Source: Candidatus Woesearchaeota archaeon (GTDB taxonomy: Archaea > Nanobdellota > Nanobdellia > Woesearchaeales > GW2011-AR15). Taken from it: a DNA stretch of 51,651 nucleotides. Where the stretch lies: assembly GCA_038874655.1 (NCBI GenBank), contig JAVZBY010000002.1, forward strand, positions 150,050 through 201,700, written 5' to 3'. A program made the translations under genes and the position numbers. Numbering within the stretch: position 1 is the stretch's first letter; each line of letters opens with the position of its first letter. Below the pieces are notes generated by a model. It did no database searches and was not told the origin of the DNA. It saw nothing but the letters and a program-made list of their open reading frames with translations. Positions 18,181-28,497 of this stretch are shown here, piece after piece.

Positions 18181-19461
18181 ATGAAAAAACAAAAATCTAA
18201 TAATAAATATTATAAAGTTAGTTCTTATGAAGCAACAGAGCCAAAAAAAGTATTATTACTTTATTCAGGCGGCTTAGATACAAGTTGTATTTTAAAATGG
18301 ATACAAGATAAATATAAAGCAGAAGTAATTACATTAACATTTGATTTAGGGCAGCAATCAGATGATTTGAATAAAATTAAAGAAAAAGCATTGAAATATG
18401 GTGCAAAGAAAGCAATAGTGTTAGATGTAAAAGATGAATTTGCTAATAGATATTTAAGCAAGGCAATTAAAGCAAATGTTAATTATCAAGGAGATTATAG
18501 AATTTCAACTATATCAAGATATATAATGGCTGAAAAAGCAATAGAGATAGCAAAAAAAGAAAAATGTGATACTATAGCACATGGGTGTACAGGAAAAGGC
18601 AACGACCAATTAAGGTTTGAAAGTTCTATGATTGTTTTAAACCCAAACATAAAGGTATTAGCACCAGTTAGAGAGTGGTCTATGGGTAGAGATGAAGAAA
18701 TTGAGTATGCTAAAAAGCATGGGATAGAAGTTATACAAAAAGCAGATTTTCCATATTCATCTGATGATAACATGTGGGGCATTACATGGGAAGGTGGTGA
18801 AATAGAAGACAATAATGCTGTTCCAATGATAGAAAAATTTGTTGCTATTACTTTACCTGAAAATGCACCAGATAAACCAGAGTTTATAGAATTAGAATTT
18901 GAGAGAGGCATACCAATAAAATTAAATGGTAAGAAAATGAAATTATCACAATTAATAAATGAGTTAAATAAAATAGGCTCAAAACATGGAATTGGTTTAG
19001 TTTATATGATAGAAGACAGAGTAGTTGGATTAAAAGTAAGAGGTGTTTATGAACACCCTGCAGCACATATAATAATAGAAGCACACAAAAAATTAGAATT
19101 ATTTATAGGCACAAGAGAAGAAAACGAATTTAAATCAATAATAGATTTGAAATGGGGGTATTTAGTTTATGGTAGTAAATGGTTTGACCCTTTGATGAAT
19201 GATTTAAATGCTTTCATAGATAAAATGAATGAAAGGGTTAATGGAAAAGTAAAGGTTAAATTATACAAAGGAAAAGCAGATGTAGTTGCATTTGACAGTC
19301 CAAATAAAGTGTATAGTCAAAAATTAGCAACTTTCAATAAAAACATGGATTTCAACCAAAATTGCAGTCCTGGGTTTATTGAGATATTTACATTACAAAT
19401 GAAGATGGCAAATCAAGTTAAAGATGGTAAAAATGGCAATAAAAAAAATATGGGGAACTAA
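18181..19461 (+). CDS. argG: Argininosuccinate synthase
   Basis: LYSGGLDTS, AHGCTGKGNDQLRF, APVREW, EDRVVGLK.RGVYE.P. Confidence 0.95.
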   Translation: MKKQKSNNKYYKVSSYEATEPKKVLLLYSGGLDTSCILKWIQDKYKAEVITLTFDLGQQSDDLNKIKEKALKYGAKKAIVLDVKDEFANRYLSKAIKANVNYQGDYRISTISRYIMAEKAIEIAKKEKCDTIAHGCTGKGNDQLRFESSMIVLNPNIKVLAPVREWSMGRDEEIEYAKKHGIEVIQKADFPYSSDDNMWGITWEGGEIEDNNAVPMIEKFVAITLPENAPDKPEFIELEFERGIPIKLNGKKMKLSQLINELNKIGSKHGIGLVYMIEDRVVGLKVRGVYEHPAAHIIIEAHKKLELFIGTREENEFKSIIDLKWGYLVYGSKWFDPLMNDLNAFIDKMNERVNGKVKVKLYKGKADVVAFDSPNKVYSQKLATFNKNMDFNQNCSPGFIEIFTLQMKMANQVKDGKNGNKKNMGN

Positions 19462-20620
19462 AAAAACCAAATTAAATAAAGATATAGAAGATTATACAAT
19501 TGACAGCGATTACATTATTGACAATTATTTTATACCTTATGATATTAAAGGCAGTATAGCACATGCCAAGATGTTAGAAAAAATAAAGATTTTAAAAAAA
19601 GAAGAATTAAAACAAATTGAAGAAACCTTAAAAGGTTTAAATGATTTATATTATAGAGGTGAGTTTAAAGTATTTAAAGAAGAAGATTGTCATTCAGCGA
19701 TTGAGAATTATTTAGTTAAGAAATTAGGCGATTTAGGTAAAAAAATACACACAGCAAGAAGCAGAAACGACCAAATAATGTGTGCTTTAAAACTATATAT
19801 GAAAGACAAGCTAAAACAAATAATTGAGTTATGTTATTTTTATTCATTACATTTACAAAACTTTAACAAGAAATATGGTAATATAAAAGTTATTGGTTAT
19901 ACACATACAAGAAGAGCAATGCCTTCTACTATTGGTTTATGGATACAAAGTTTTATTGAAAGCAATGAAGATAATATAAAATTCTTGGAAAATGTTTATA
20001 AGATATTAGATAGCAATCCACTAGGAACAGGTGCAGGATATGGTTTGCCGATTGATGTAGATAGAGAACTAACAACAAAAGAATTAGGTTTTAGCAGAAT
20101 ACAAGAAAATCCTATTTATGTACAAAACACAAGAGGTAAAAATGAAGCAATGTTTATTTATGCTTTATTAAATATAATGTTAGATTTAAACAAATTAGCA
20201 ACAGATATAATATTATTTTCAACAGACGAGTTTGGTATTTTAGAATTAAATGATAACATAACAACAGGTAGCAGTATAATGCCTAACAAAAGAAATCCAG
20301 ATGTTTTAGAAATAATGAGAGCGAAATCAAAAGAAGTTGAAAGTAATTTGTTTAAAGTTTTAAGCATTTATCAAAACCTTCCAAGCGGTTATAATAGAGA
20401 TATGCAATTAACTAAAAAACCAATTGTAGAAAGTTATGAAATTACAAAAGATAGTTTGAAAATAATAAAAATTGTTTTAGAAAATATAAATGTTAATGAA
20501 AAAAGATGCAATGAATTAATGAAAGATAAAAATATAAAAGCCACAGAGAGAGTTTATAAATTAGTTAAAAAAGGCATACCTTTCAGAGAGGCATATAAAA
20601 ATGTCAAAGAACTATTATAA
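19424..20620 (+). CDS. argH: Argininosuccinate lyase (short form)
   Basis: ED.HSAIE, KIHTARSRNDQ, GYTH, TGSSIMPNKRNPD, LPSGYNRD, PFREAY. Confidence 0.95.
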   Translation: MVKMAIKKIWGTKKTKLNKDIEDYTIDSDYIIDNYFIPYDIKGSIAHAKMLEKIKILKKEELKQIEETLKGLNDLYYRGEFKVFKEEDCHSAIENYLVKKLGDLGKKIHTARSRNDQIMCALKLYMKDKLKQIIELCYFYSLHLQNFNKKYGNIKVIGYTHTRRAMPSTIGLWIQSFIESNEDNIKFLENVYKILDSNPLGTGAGYGLPIDVDRELTTKELGFSRIQENPIYVQNTRGKNEAMFIYALLNIMLDLNKLATDIILFSTDEFGILELNDNITTGSSIMPNKRNPDVLEIMRAKSKEVESNLFKVLSIYQNLPSGYNRDMQLTKKPIVESYEITKDSLKIIKIVLENINVNEKRCNELMKDKNIKATERVYKLVKKGIPFREAYKNVKELL

Positions 20621-20652
20621 AGATTATAAAAAAGAAAAAATATTCTAATTTT

Positions 20653-20961
20653 TTATACAATCTCAACTTTTTTTGCTCTAAATCCTTTTCCTTGTAAATG
20701 ATATTTCTTGCATTCCATACATTGATATTTTAAATCCACTTTTTTAGTTTGCTTTTTACCAGTCATCTTAAACTTAGTTACTGCTGGCTTAGAATATCTA
20801 CCTCTATTCCCATATCCACGGGCTTTTCCCCTTCTTTTAGCTCTAATCTTAGAACCATAAGACAAAGGGCTAGGTTGTCCTTTTTTTACCTGGAAAATCT
20901 TACTTTCAGTATGCTTTTTACAATAGGGACAATAAGTTCTTCTTGTTTTTGGTAATTTCAT
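20653..20961 (-). CDS. rpl44e: 50S ribosomal protein L44e (eL42)
   Basis: MKLPK.RRTYCPYCKKHT, GYG, TKKVDL...C.EC. Confidence 0.95.
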   Translation of the reverse strand: MKLPKTRRTYCPYCKKHTESKIFQVKKGQPSPLSYGSKIRAKRRGKARGYGNRGRYSKPAVTKFKMTGKKQTKKVDLKYQCMECKKYHLQGKGFRAKKVEIV

Positions 20962-21033
20962 AACACTTTGGAAAAAAAAGTGATTTATAAATATATCGCA
21001 ACTATAATAAATTAGTTCATATTTTAATTTTAT

Positions 21034-21690
21034 ATGAAATTTTTGTTTATTGAAGCAAAATATAATGGAAAAATTGATATTCCTTATGAAATAATTGAAA
21101 AATTACCAAAAACCCTTTATCTTTTCATGACATTACAATTTATTGATTCTTTAGAAAAAATTAAAAAAAAAATAGAAAAAACAGGTAGAAAAGTTTTAAT
21201 TACAAAAACAAAACATACAAAGTATCCTGGACAAATCTATGGTTGCAATTTAGAAAAATTTGAAGGTGCAGATGCTTTTCTTTACATAGGAGATGGTTTG
21301 TTTCATCCTAAAGCATTAGCATTAGGCAATAATCAAGAAATTCACATATGGAATCCAATAAACAAGGAATATAAAGTTATAGATAAGAAAATAATGGAGC
21401 AGGAGATAAAAACTCAAAAAATAGCGTATTCTAAATTTTTGATGTCAAAAAAAGTAGGTGTTTTAATATCAACAAAACCAGGGCAAAGTTATTTAAAATA
21501 TGCTTTAAAAGTAAAAGAAAAATATCCAGACAAAGAATTTTATTTTATAGTTATGGACACAATTGATTTAAATGCATTAGAAGACTTTAATTTTATTGAA
21601 TGTTGGCTAAATACAGCATGCCCAAGATTAGGATGGGATGACACTAAAAGAACAAAAAAACCATTATTGGATATAGGCACAGTTTTATAA
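21034..21690 (+). CDS. dph2: Diphthamide synthesis Dph2-like protein, short form
   Basis: GQIYGC, YIGDGLFH, VLISTKPGQ, NTACPRL; only 218 aa. Confidence 0.85.
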   Translation: MKFLFIEAKYNGKIDIPYEIIEKLPKTLYLFMTLQFIDSLEKIKKKIEKTGRKVLITKTKHTKYPGQIYGCNLEKFEGADAFLYIGDGLFHPKALALGNNQEIHIWNPINKEYKVIDKKIMEQEIKTQKIAYSKFLMSKKVGVLISTKPGQSYLKYALKVKEKYPDKEFYFIVMDTIDLNALEDFNFIECWLNTACPRLGWDDTKRTKKPLLDIGTVL

Positions 21691-21841
21691 CTTCTTTTTA
21701 TATGAATAAATGAATGAATAAGATAAATATAAAAATAAAAACAATATAATACACTAATAATCTAATACTTTAATAATCTTTTAGAAAGCTTTTAGAAACT
21801 TTTATATATTTTACTATAATTTTTAAAATTAGTGATGAACT

Positions 21842-22141
21842 ATGGTAGAATTAGGTGGTAATATAGAATTAATAGGTTTTGATAGAGAACCATCAGAAAT
21901 GGTTGTATTAAAAAAAATAATAGGTAATTATGCTAGAAAATTTTCAGATCATTTTGGCAATGATTATGAAAAGTTAGTTTTAGACTTAAAACATGTACAT
22001 GGTGAAAAATCAAATAAATTTGAAATCTCAGCCAGATTATTAACAAAAAAGAAACAATATAATGCAGAAATAACAGAGAATAATTTATTCTTTTGTGTTG
22101 CAGAAGTCTTAAAAAAAATAGAAACACAGATACATAAATAA
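21842..22141 (+). CDS. Small protein with HPF/RaiA-like pattern
   Basis: 99 aa with an apparent beta-alpha-beta-beta-beta-alpha pattern, ending NLFFCVAEVLKKIETQI. Confidence 0.55.
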   Translation: MVELGGNIELIGFDREPSEMVVLKKIIGNYARKFSDHFGNDYEKLVLDLKHVHGEKSNKFEISARLLTKKKQYNAEITENNLFFCVAEVLKKIETQIHK

Positions 22142-22250
22142 TATAACTTATAACATTAGATTATAAATTATATTATTTTTTTTCTTATTTAATTTAATGA
22201 AAACTTTTTTTAATTAGTTATTTATCTTATTCTAAATTAGATGATTTAAA

Positions 22251-24014
22251 ATGGGAGAAATTATAAAAAAAATATCTAAAATACTTGAATTAACATTAAA
22301 AATAGAAATTTCAGAATCTTTAATAGAAAAACCAAAGCCTGAATTAGGAGATTATGCTTTTCCTTGTTTTAGTTTAGCAAAAGAATTAAAAAAAAACCCT
22401 ATTGAAATAGCCAAAGATTTATCTTTTAAAATAAATAATTTAAATGATCCTTTATTTGAAAAAGTAGAATCAATAGGTCCATATGTTAATTTTTTTATTT
22501 CTAAAAAATATATCGCAGAAACAGTATTAAAAGAGATATTATTAAAAAAAGAAAAATATGGTTCTCAAAATAATAATGAAATTGTATTAATAGAATCACC
22601 AGGCCCTAACACAAACAAACCATTGCATTTAGGTCATGTTAGAAACATTCTATTAGGGAATTCAATAGTAAATATTTACAAATTTTTAGGATATAAAACC
22701 TATAGGGTAGATATAATAAATGACAGAGGTATTCATATTTGTAAGTCAATGTTAGCTTACAAAATTTATGGTAATAATCAAATGCCTGATAAAAAACCAG
22801 ATCATTTTGTTGGCGACTTTTATGTCAGATATGCAATTGAATCAGAAAAACATCCTGAATATGAACAAATGATACAAGAAATGTTAGTTAAATGGGAAAA
22901 CAATGATGAAGAAACAATGAAATTATGGCGTAAAATGACTGATTGGGCATTACAAGGCTTTAAAGAAACTTATCAAAGATATGGTGTTGTAATGGACAAA
23001 GCCTATTATGAAAGTGAGCATTATAAAAAAGGAAAGGAAATTGTTTTAGATGGCTTAAAAAAAGGTATTTTCTTTAAAGATGAAAAAGGTAATATTGTTG
23101 TTGATTTGACAAAACAGGGATTAGGAAAAAAAGTTCTTTTAAGAAATGATGGCACTTCTATTTATATAACACAAGATATTGCATTAGGTAAAATAAGGTA
23201 TGATGACTTTAAAATGGATAGAATGATTTATGTAGTTGGTAATGAACAAATTCATCATTTTAAAGCATTATTTGAAATTTTTAAATTATTAAATTATAGT
23301 TTTGCAGATAAATGCTATCATTTAGCATATGGTATGATTTCTTTGCCAGAGGGAAAGATGAAATCACGAACAGGCAAGGTTGTTGATGCAGATGATTTAG
23401 CAAATAATATGCATGATTTAGCAAAAAAAGAATTAGAAAAAAGGTATCCTGCATTAGTAAAAGATAATCCTAGAGAACTTGATAATAGGGCAGAAAAAAT
23501 TGCAATGTCAGCAATAAAATACTTTATTTTAAAATATGATCCTATGAAAGATTTTGTTTTTAATCCTAATGAATCATTGTCTTTTGAAGGAGAAACAGGG
23601 CCATATTTACAATATACATATGCAAGGGCTTCAAGTGTAATAAAAAAATCAAATAAAAACATTTCAGAAAAATCGTTTTCAGATAAAGAATTAGAAAAAA
23701 TAGATTACAATTTGTTAAACACAAATGAAGACAGAATTTTAATAAATAAATTAAAAGATTTTCCTGAATTAATTATAAAATCAGCAAAAGAATATAGTCC
23801 TGCAATTTTAGCTAAATACTTGTTTGAATTATCTCAAATATTTAACGAATATTACCATAAAAACAAAATCATACAAAATACAAACATACAAAATACAAGC
23901 AATAACAACTCGCTGGAATTAGAAAAAGCAAGACTTTTATTAGTTGAAGCAACTAAAATAGTATTAAAAAACGGCTTAAATTTATTGGGTATTGAAACAT
24001 TGGAAGAGATGTAA
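22251..24014 (+). CDS. argS: Arginine--tRNA ligase
   Basis: GDYA, PNTNKPLHLGHVRN, KMKSRTG, GETGPYLQYTYAR, terminal EEM. Confidence 0.97.
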   Translation: MGEIIKKISKILELTLKIEISESLIEKPKPELGDYAFPCFSLAKELKKNPIEIAKDLSFKINNLNDPLFEKVESIGPYVNFFISKKYIAETVLKEILLKKEKYGSQNNNEIVLIESPGPNTNKPLHLGHVRNILLGNSIVNIYKFLGYKTYRVDIINDRGIHICKSMLAYKIYGNNQMPDKKPDHFVGDFYVRYAIESEKHPEYEQMIQEMLVKWENNDEETMKLWRKMTDWALQGFKETYQRYGVVMDKAYYESEHYKKGKEIVLDGLKKGIFFKDEKGNIVVDLTKQGLGKKVLLRNDGTSIYITQDIALGKIRYDDFKMDRMIYVVGNEQIHHFKALFEIFKLLNYSFADKCYHLAYGMISLPEGKMKSRTGKVVDADDLANNMHDLAKKELEKRYPALVKDNPRELDNRAEKIAMSAIKYFILKYDPMKDFVFNPNESLSFEGETGPYLQYTYARASSVIKKSNKNISEKSFSDKELEKIDYNLLNTNEDRILINKLKDFPELIIKSAKEYSPAILAKYLFELSQIFNEYYHKNKIIQNTNIQNTSNNNSLELEKARLLLVEATKIVLKNGLNLLGIETLEEM

Positions 24015-24049
24015 ATTTTAAGTCAATCTAATAAATAAAAAATTAGAAA

Positions 24050-24844
24050 ATGAAATTCATAGATATCCATTCCCACTTAGACCCTTATTTTTATCCTGAC
24101 ATAGATGAAGTTATAAAAAATCTGCAAAGAAACAATACAATAGCAATAGCAGCAGGCATAAATCCAGAAACAAATAAGCATGTCTTAAAATTAAGCAAAA
24201 AATATCCTAAATTAGTTTATGCGACATTAGGTCTATATCCAAGAGATGCATTTACAGAAGAAGAAATAAAAAGCACGGGATTTAATGTAAACTTTGATGT
24301 AGATAAAGAAATTGACTTTATTTATCAAAATAAAGATAATATTATAGGAATAGGAGAAGTTGGAATGGATTTTAAAAACGGAAAAGATTTAGAAATGCAA
24401 GAAAAGGATTTTAGAAAAATTATTGAATTGGCAATTAAAATAAACAAGCCATTAATAATACATTCAAGAAAAGCAGAATTAAAAGTAATTGAAATTTTAG
24501 AAGAATATTCACAAAAATATAATTATGAAAAAATAATAATGCATTGTTTTACAGGGAATCACAATTTAGTTAAAAAAATAAGACAAAACAAATGGTTTTT
24601 TTCAATCCCAACAAGCATTGTGAGAGATATGCATTTTCAAAAAATAGTTAAAGAAACACCATTAACACAAATCTTAACTGAAACAGACAGCCCTTTCTTA
24701 AGTCCATTTAAAGAAAAAAGAAATGAGCCGATTTTTGTTAAAGAAACAATAAAAACAATAGCAAAATTAAGAAACACTCCGGAGGAAGATGTTGCTAATT
24801 TGATTTATTTGAATGCTAAGAGGGTTTTTGAGGTTGAGTTTTGA
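24050..24844 (+). CDS. tatD: TatD-family hydrolase/DNase
   Basis: DIHSHL, IGEVGMD, IIHSRKAE, MHCF, LTETDSPFL. Confidence 0.92.
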   Translation: MKFIDIHSHLDPYFYPDIDEVIKNLQRNNTIAIAAGINPETNKHVLKLSKKYPKLVYATLGLYPRDAFTEEEIKSTGFNVNFDVDKEIDFIYQNKDNIIGIGEVGMDFKNGKDLEMQEKDFRKIIELAIKINKPLIIHSRKAELKVIEILEEYSQKYNYEKIIMHCFTGNHNLVKKIRQNKWFFSIPTSIVRDMHFQKIVKETPLTQILTETDSPFLSPFKEKRNEPIFVKETIKTIAKLRNTPEEDVANLIYLNAKRVFEVEF

Positions 24845-24901
24845 TTAAATCTGTTCTAAACTTATTTGGATATAACAATCCATTTTTATAGATATGATTT
24901 A

Positions 24902-26359
24902 TCACTTCTTTTTCCTAAACATCTCGTTTTGTTTCTTTTTCCTTATTGTTTCTGTAATTTTTTCATTAATCTTTTTTCCTATCTCTTCAATTTCTCTGTA
25001 AGGAATTAATTCCCATAAAGTTCCTTCTTTAGGTATTATAGAGGTAATTCTTCTTTCTATAGGACTAATTATTTCTAATCCTGTAAATCTTTCGCTTTTT
25101 ATTTTTCTTAAGAAATACAATGAAAAAATCAATCTTAATAAAGCAGATAAGCCAAAAACAAAATAAAATAAATTACCAAAATAATCTAAAGGAAGTTTAG
25201 TCATTAATTTTCCACCTATAAAAGCGCCTATAAAAGTAGCAAATCCTGCAAAAAAATTATAATATGAAAGCATTCTAATTCTTTCCTCTTTACTTGTGCT
25301 TTCCAAAACAAAATTACTGGTGCTTAAATTATAAGCAGCCCAAGCAGCTCCAGAAAACAATTCAATAATAAATAAAATCCAGGGATCTTTAAAAATAATC
25401 CAGAAAACAGGAATCAATGGAATAAGCAAGCCACCAATTCCTAACATCCATCTGCTTCCTTTTTCATCAATAGTTTTACCCCACAAATTTAAAACAAGAA
25501 AACTTGAGATAATTGCACCACCATTAACAATTGAATATGTTAAATAATCCATCTTTAAATATTGAAGCATATAAACAGAAAAAAATGGAGCAGACATTCC
25601 AACAGCAAATTTAATCCATGAGTTATACATTACAAATTGCCCAAAATTACTTTTTCTTATGTTAAATAAAAATTTAAAAAATGAAAGTTCTTTTTTCTCT
25701 TCAATTTTATGGTTAGGTTCATAGAATCTAGTTTTAATTAATGTTGAAACTAATCTAGAAAAAAAAGCAGTAAAAAATATAATTCCAAAACCAATAAAAG
25801 AATTTATATTTTTAAAACTTGATAAAACAAAACCAGCAATTAGAGAAGATAATAATGAAAATAAACTAGATAACTGGTTCATTCTTGCTAGTACTTTTCC
25901 TCTTTGTTCTGTGCTTACTATATCAGCAAGCAAACTATTGAAAAATGGATTTAAAATTGAATTGCTAATTGCTTGAATAATTAAGAAATTGATTAATAAA
26001 AAATAATTCTTGCTCCACAAAAAAGGAATTAATATTATAGGAAGCCACATTAAAGCATCAATCAAAGCAGCAAAAACAATCACCTTTTTTCTTGATTTTA
26101 ATATATTAATTAAATCAGATGTAAAAAGTTGGAAAAAAGAGCCAACTAAATTAGGTGCAGCATTAATTATGGAAATAATATCATTTGGAGCTTTTAATGC
26201 CAATGCAAAAGGTATTACAAAATTATTATTAATTCCATCTTTAATAGAAGCATAAATACTATCTAAATAAAATAATTTATTTGTTTTAGCTACTTCTTTA
26301 TAAACAGCAGTATTTTTATCTTCTTTATCTTTATTTTTCAAAGTCTCTTTTTTATCCAT
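24902..26359 (-). CDS. MFS transporter
   Basis: About 12 TM helices; ADIV..EQRG and WG..ID..G.R loop motifs. Confidence 0.85.
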   Translation of the reverse strand: MDKKETLKNKDKEDKNTAVYKEVAKTNKLFYLDSIYASIKDGINNNFVIPFALALKAPNDIISIINAAPNLVGSFFQLFTSDLINILKSRKKVIVFAALIDALMWLPIILIPFLWSKNYFLLINFLIIQAISNSILNPFFNSLLADIVSTEQRGKVLARMNQLSSLFSLLSSLIAGFVLSSFKNINSFIGFGIIFFTAFFSRLVSTLIKTRFYEPNHKIEEKKELSFFKFLFNIRKSNFGQFVMYNSWIKFAVGMSAPFFSVYMLQYLKMDYLTYSIVNGGAIISSFLVLNLWGKTIDEKGSRWMLGIGGLLIPLIPVFWIIFKDPWILFIIELFSGAAWAAYNLSTSNFVLESTSKEERIRMLSYYNFFAGFATFIGAFIGGKLMTKLPLDYFGNLFYFVFGLSALLRLIFSLYFLRKIKSERFTGLEIISPIERRITSIIPKEGTLWELIPYREIEEIGKKINEKITETIRKKKQNEMFRKKK

Positions 26360-26530
26360 TCAATCACTTCTCATCTTATTACTTTTCGCATTAAAATATT
26401 TATGATAGAGGATTACTTTTTAATCAAAAATATTATATTTATATATTTTTACATCTTTCAATAATAAATTAAATAAATTTCATTAAAAAAGTTTATCAAA
26501 ACTATAAAAATATTTTAAATTGGTGGTAAA

Positions 26531-27808
26531 ATGTTAGATATTAATTTAGTAAGACAAAATCCAGATTTAATAAGAAATGATCTAAAAAAGAGAGGTAGAT
26601 TAGATTTATTAAAAAAACTAGATGATTTAATTATTTATGATAAACAATGGCGAGAATCTTTACAAAAAGTGGAAAAATTAAGACATTTAAGAAATGTTTT
26701 AAGTAATGAAATAGCACAATTAAAAAAACAAGGAAAAGATGTTTCTGAAAAATTAGAGCAAGTAAAAAACATTCCAAATCAAATAAAAGAAGAAGAAGAA
26801 AAAACAATAGAACTTCAAAATAAAATTAAAAGCATAATGTATGAATTGCCAAATATTTTACATGAAAGTGTTCCAATTGGTAAAGATGATAGTGAAAATG
26901 TAGTTGTAAAAGAATGGGGCACAAAAAAGAAATATGACTTTGAACTAAAAAGCCATGTTGATATATTAAATGAAAAAGACCTAGGTGATACTGAAAAAGC
27001 ATCAAACCTCTCAGGAGCTAGATTTTATTACTTAAAAAATGAATTAGTCTTATTAGAAAATGCTTTACAAAGATTTGCATTAGATTTTTTATATAAAAAG
27101 GGATTTATTTTAATGCAAACACCTTTAATGTTGAGACGAGAACCTTATGAAGCAATGGTTTCTATGCAAGATTTTGAAGATGTAATGTATAAAATAGAAA
27201 ATGAAGATTTATATTTAATAGCTACAAGCGAACATGCAATAGGTCCATATCACATGAATGAAACCATTGATGTAAAAAATCTACCCTTAAAATATGCAGG
27301 CATAAGCTCTTGTTTTAGAAAAGAAGCAGGTTCACATGGAAAAGACACAAAAGGTATTTTTAGAGTCCATGTTTTTAATAAAGTTGAGCAATTTGTTTTT
27401 TGCAAACCAGAAGATTCTTGGAAAATCCATGAAGAATTAAGACAAAACATGGAAGAAATTTTTCAAGCTTTGGAAATTCCATATAGAATTGTAAATATTT
27501 GCACAGGGGATATTGGCAATATTGCAGCAAAGAAATACGATTTAGAGGCCTGGATGCCTGTCCAACAAAAATATAGGGAAATGTGTTCTTGTAGTAATTG
27601 CACAGATTATCAAGCAAGAAGATTGCAAACAAAATACCAAGATGGTGATAAAAAAGAATTTGTTCATACATTAAATTCAACAGCAATAGCAACATCAAGA
27701 GCAATAGTAGCGATAATTGAAAATAACCAAAACAAAGATGGCTCATTTAATGTGCCAAAAGTTTTATGGCCCTATATGAATGGCATAAAAGTTATTGGAA
27801 AAAGATAA
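26531..27808 (+). CDS. serS: Serine--tRNA ligase
   Basis: N-terminal coiled coil, LIATSEH, CFRKEAG, GIFRVH.F.KVEQF, SCSNCTDYQARRL, HTLNST. Confidence 0.97.
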   Translation: MLDINLVRQNPDLIRNDLKKRGRLDLLKKLDDLIIYDKQWRESLQKVEKLRHLRNVLSNEIAQLKKQGKDVSEKLEQVKNIPNQIKEEEEKTIELQNKIKSIMYELPNILHESVPIGKDDSENVVVKEWGTKKKYDFELKSHVDILNEKDLGDTEKASNLSGARFYYLKNELVLLENALQRFALDFLYKKGFILMQTPLMLRREPYEAMVSMQDFEDVMYKIENEDLYLIATSEHAIGPYHMNETIDVKNLPLKYAGISSCFRKEAGSHGKDTKGIFRVHVFNKVEQFVFCKPEDSWKIHEELRQNMEEIFQALEIPYRIVNICTGDIGNIAAKKYDLEAWMPVQQKYREMCSCSNCTDYQARRLQTKYQDGDKKEFVHTLNSTAIATSRAIVAIIENNQNKDGSFNVPKVLWPYMNGIKVIGKR

Positions 27809-27879
27809 ATGTATTTAAAAAATTAAATTGAAAGTAAGATTTAGAAAAAAATATAAACAGTAAATTTTTAATTTTTTTA

Positions 27880-28488
27880 ATGCTTGAAACTTTTTTTACT
27901 AAATTCTTGGAATTAATGCAAAAAGATTTCTCTAGTAATTTATTCAATCTTTTAATATATGTCTTTGGCATGGTAATTTATGTTGTTGTTATTTGGCATT
28001 TTTATAGAAATCTATCAAAAAGAGAATTATTTAGAATATTTACAAAAGATTATTTAACTGGTTTTTCATTAATAATTGAAAAAATAAAAGAATTCTTTGA
28101 TTTTGTTTTGCATTACATAATTATTTTTCCAGTAATTACTTTTATTTGGTTTTTAATTTTATCAGCATTTTTATTATTTCTTTCAAAAAGCAATGATGTT
28201 TCCCAGATATTAATAATGTCAATTACAATTATTTCTACATCAAGAATAATGGCTTACTATAATGAAACATTGGCTGATGAAGTTGCTAAATTAGTTCCCT
28301 ATGGTTTATTAGGTGTTTTTATAGTGGATCCAACATACTTTTCATTAGAATTAACAATTGAAAAATTTTTATCTTTGCCTAATTATTTGCATTTAGTTGT
28401 TCAGTATTTATTAATTTTAATAATTTTAGAAGTTGTATTAAAAATAGTTTATTCTTTATTTACATATAAAAAAATTAAAAACAAATGA
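27880..28488 (+). CDS. Hypothetical multi-pass membrane protein
   Basis: Four to five hydrophobic segments; WHFYR..SKR and YYNE.LA.EVAK.VP motifs. Confidence 0.7.
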   Translation: MLETFFTKFLELMQKDFSSNLFNLLIYVFGMVIYVVVIWHFYRNLSKRELFRIFTKDYLTGFSLIIEKIKEFFDFVLHYIIIFPVITFIWFLILSAFLLFLSKSNDVSQILIMSITIISTSRIMAYYNETLADEVAKLVPYGLLGVFIVDPTYFSLELTIEKFLSLPNYLHLVVQYLLILIILEVVLKIVYSLFTYKKIKNK

Positions 28489-28497
28489 CACTAATTC

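Noticed and set aside
23868-23910. IQNTNIQNTSNNNS duplication in ArgRS
   Set aside because: A short slippage-type loop insertion with no evidence of function.
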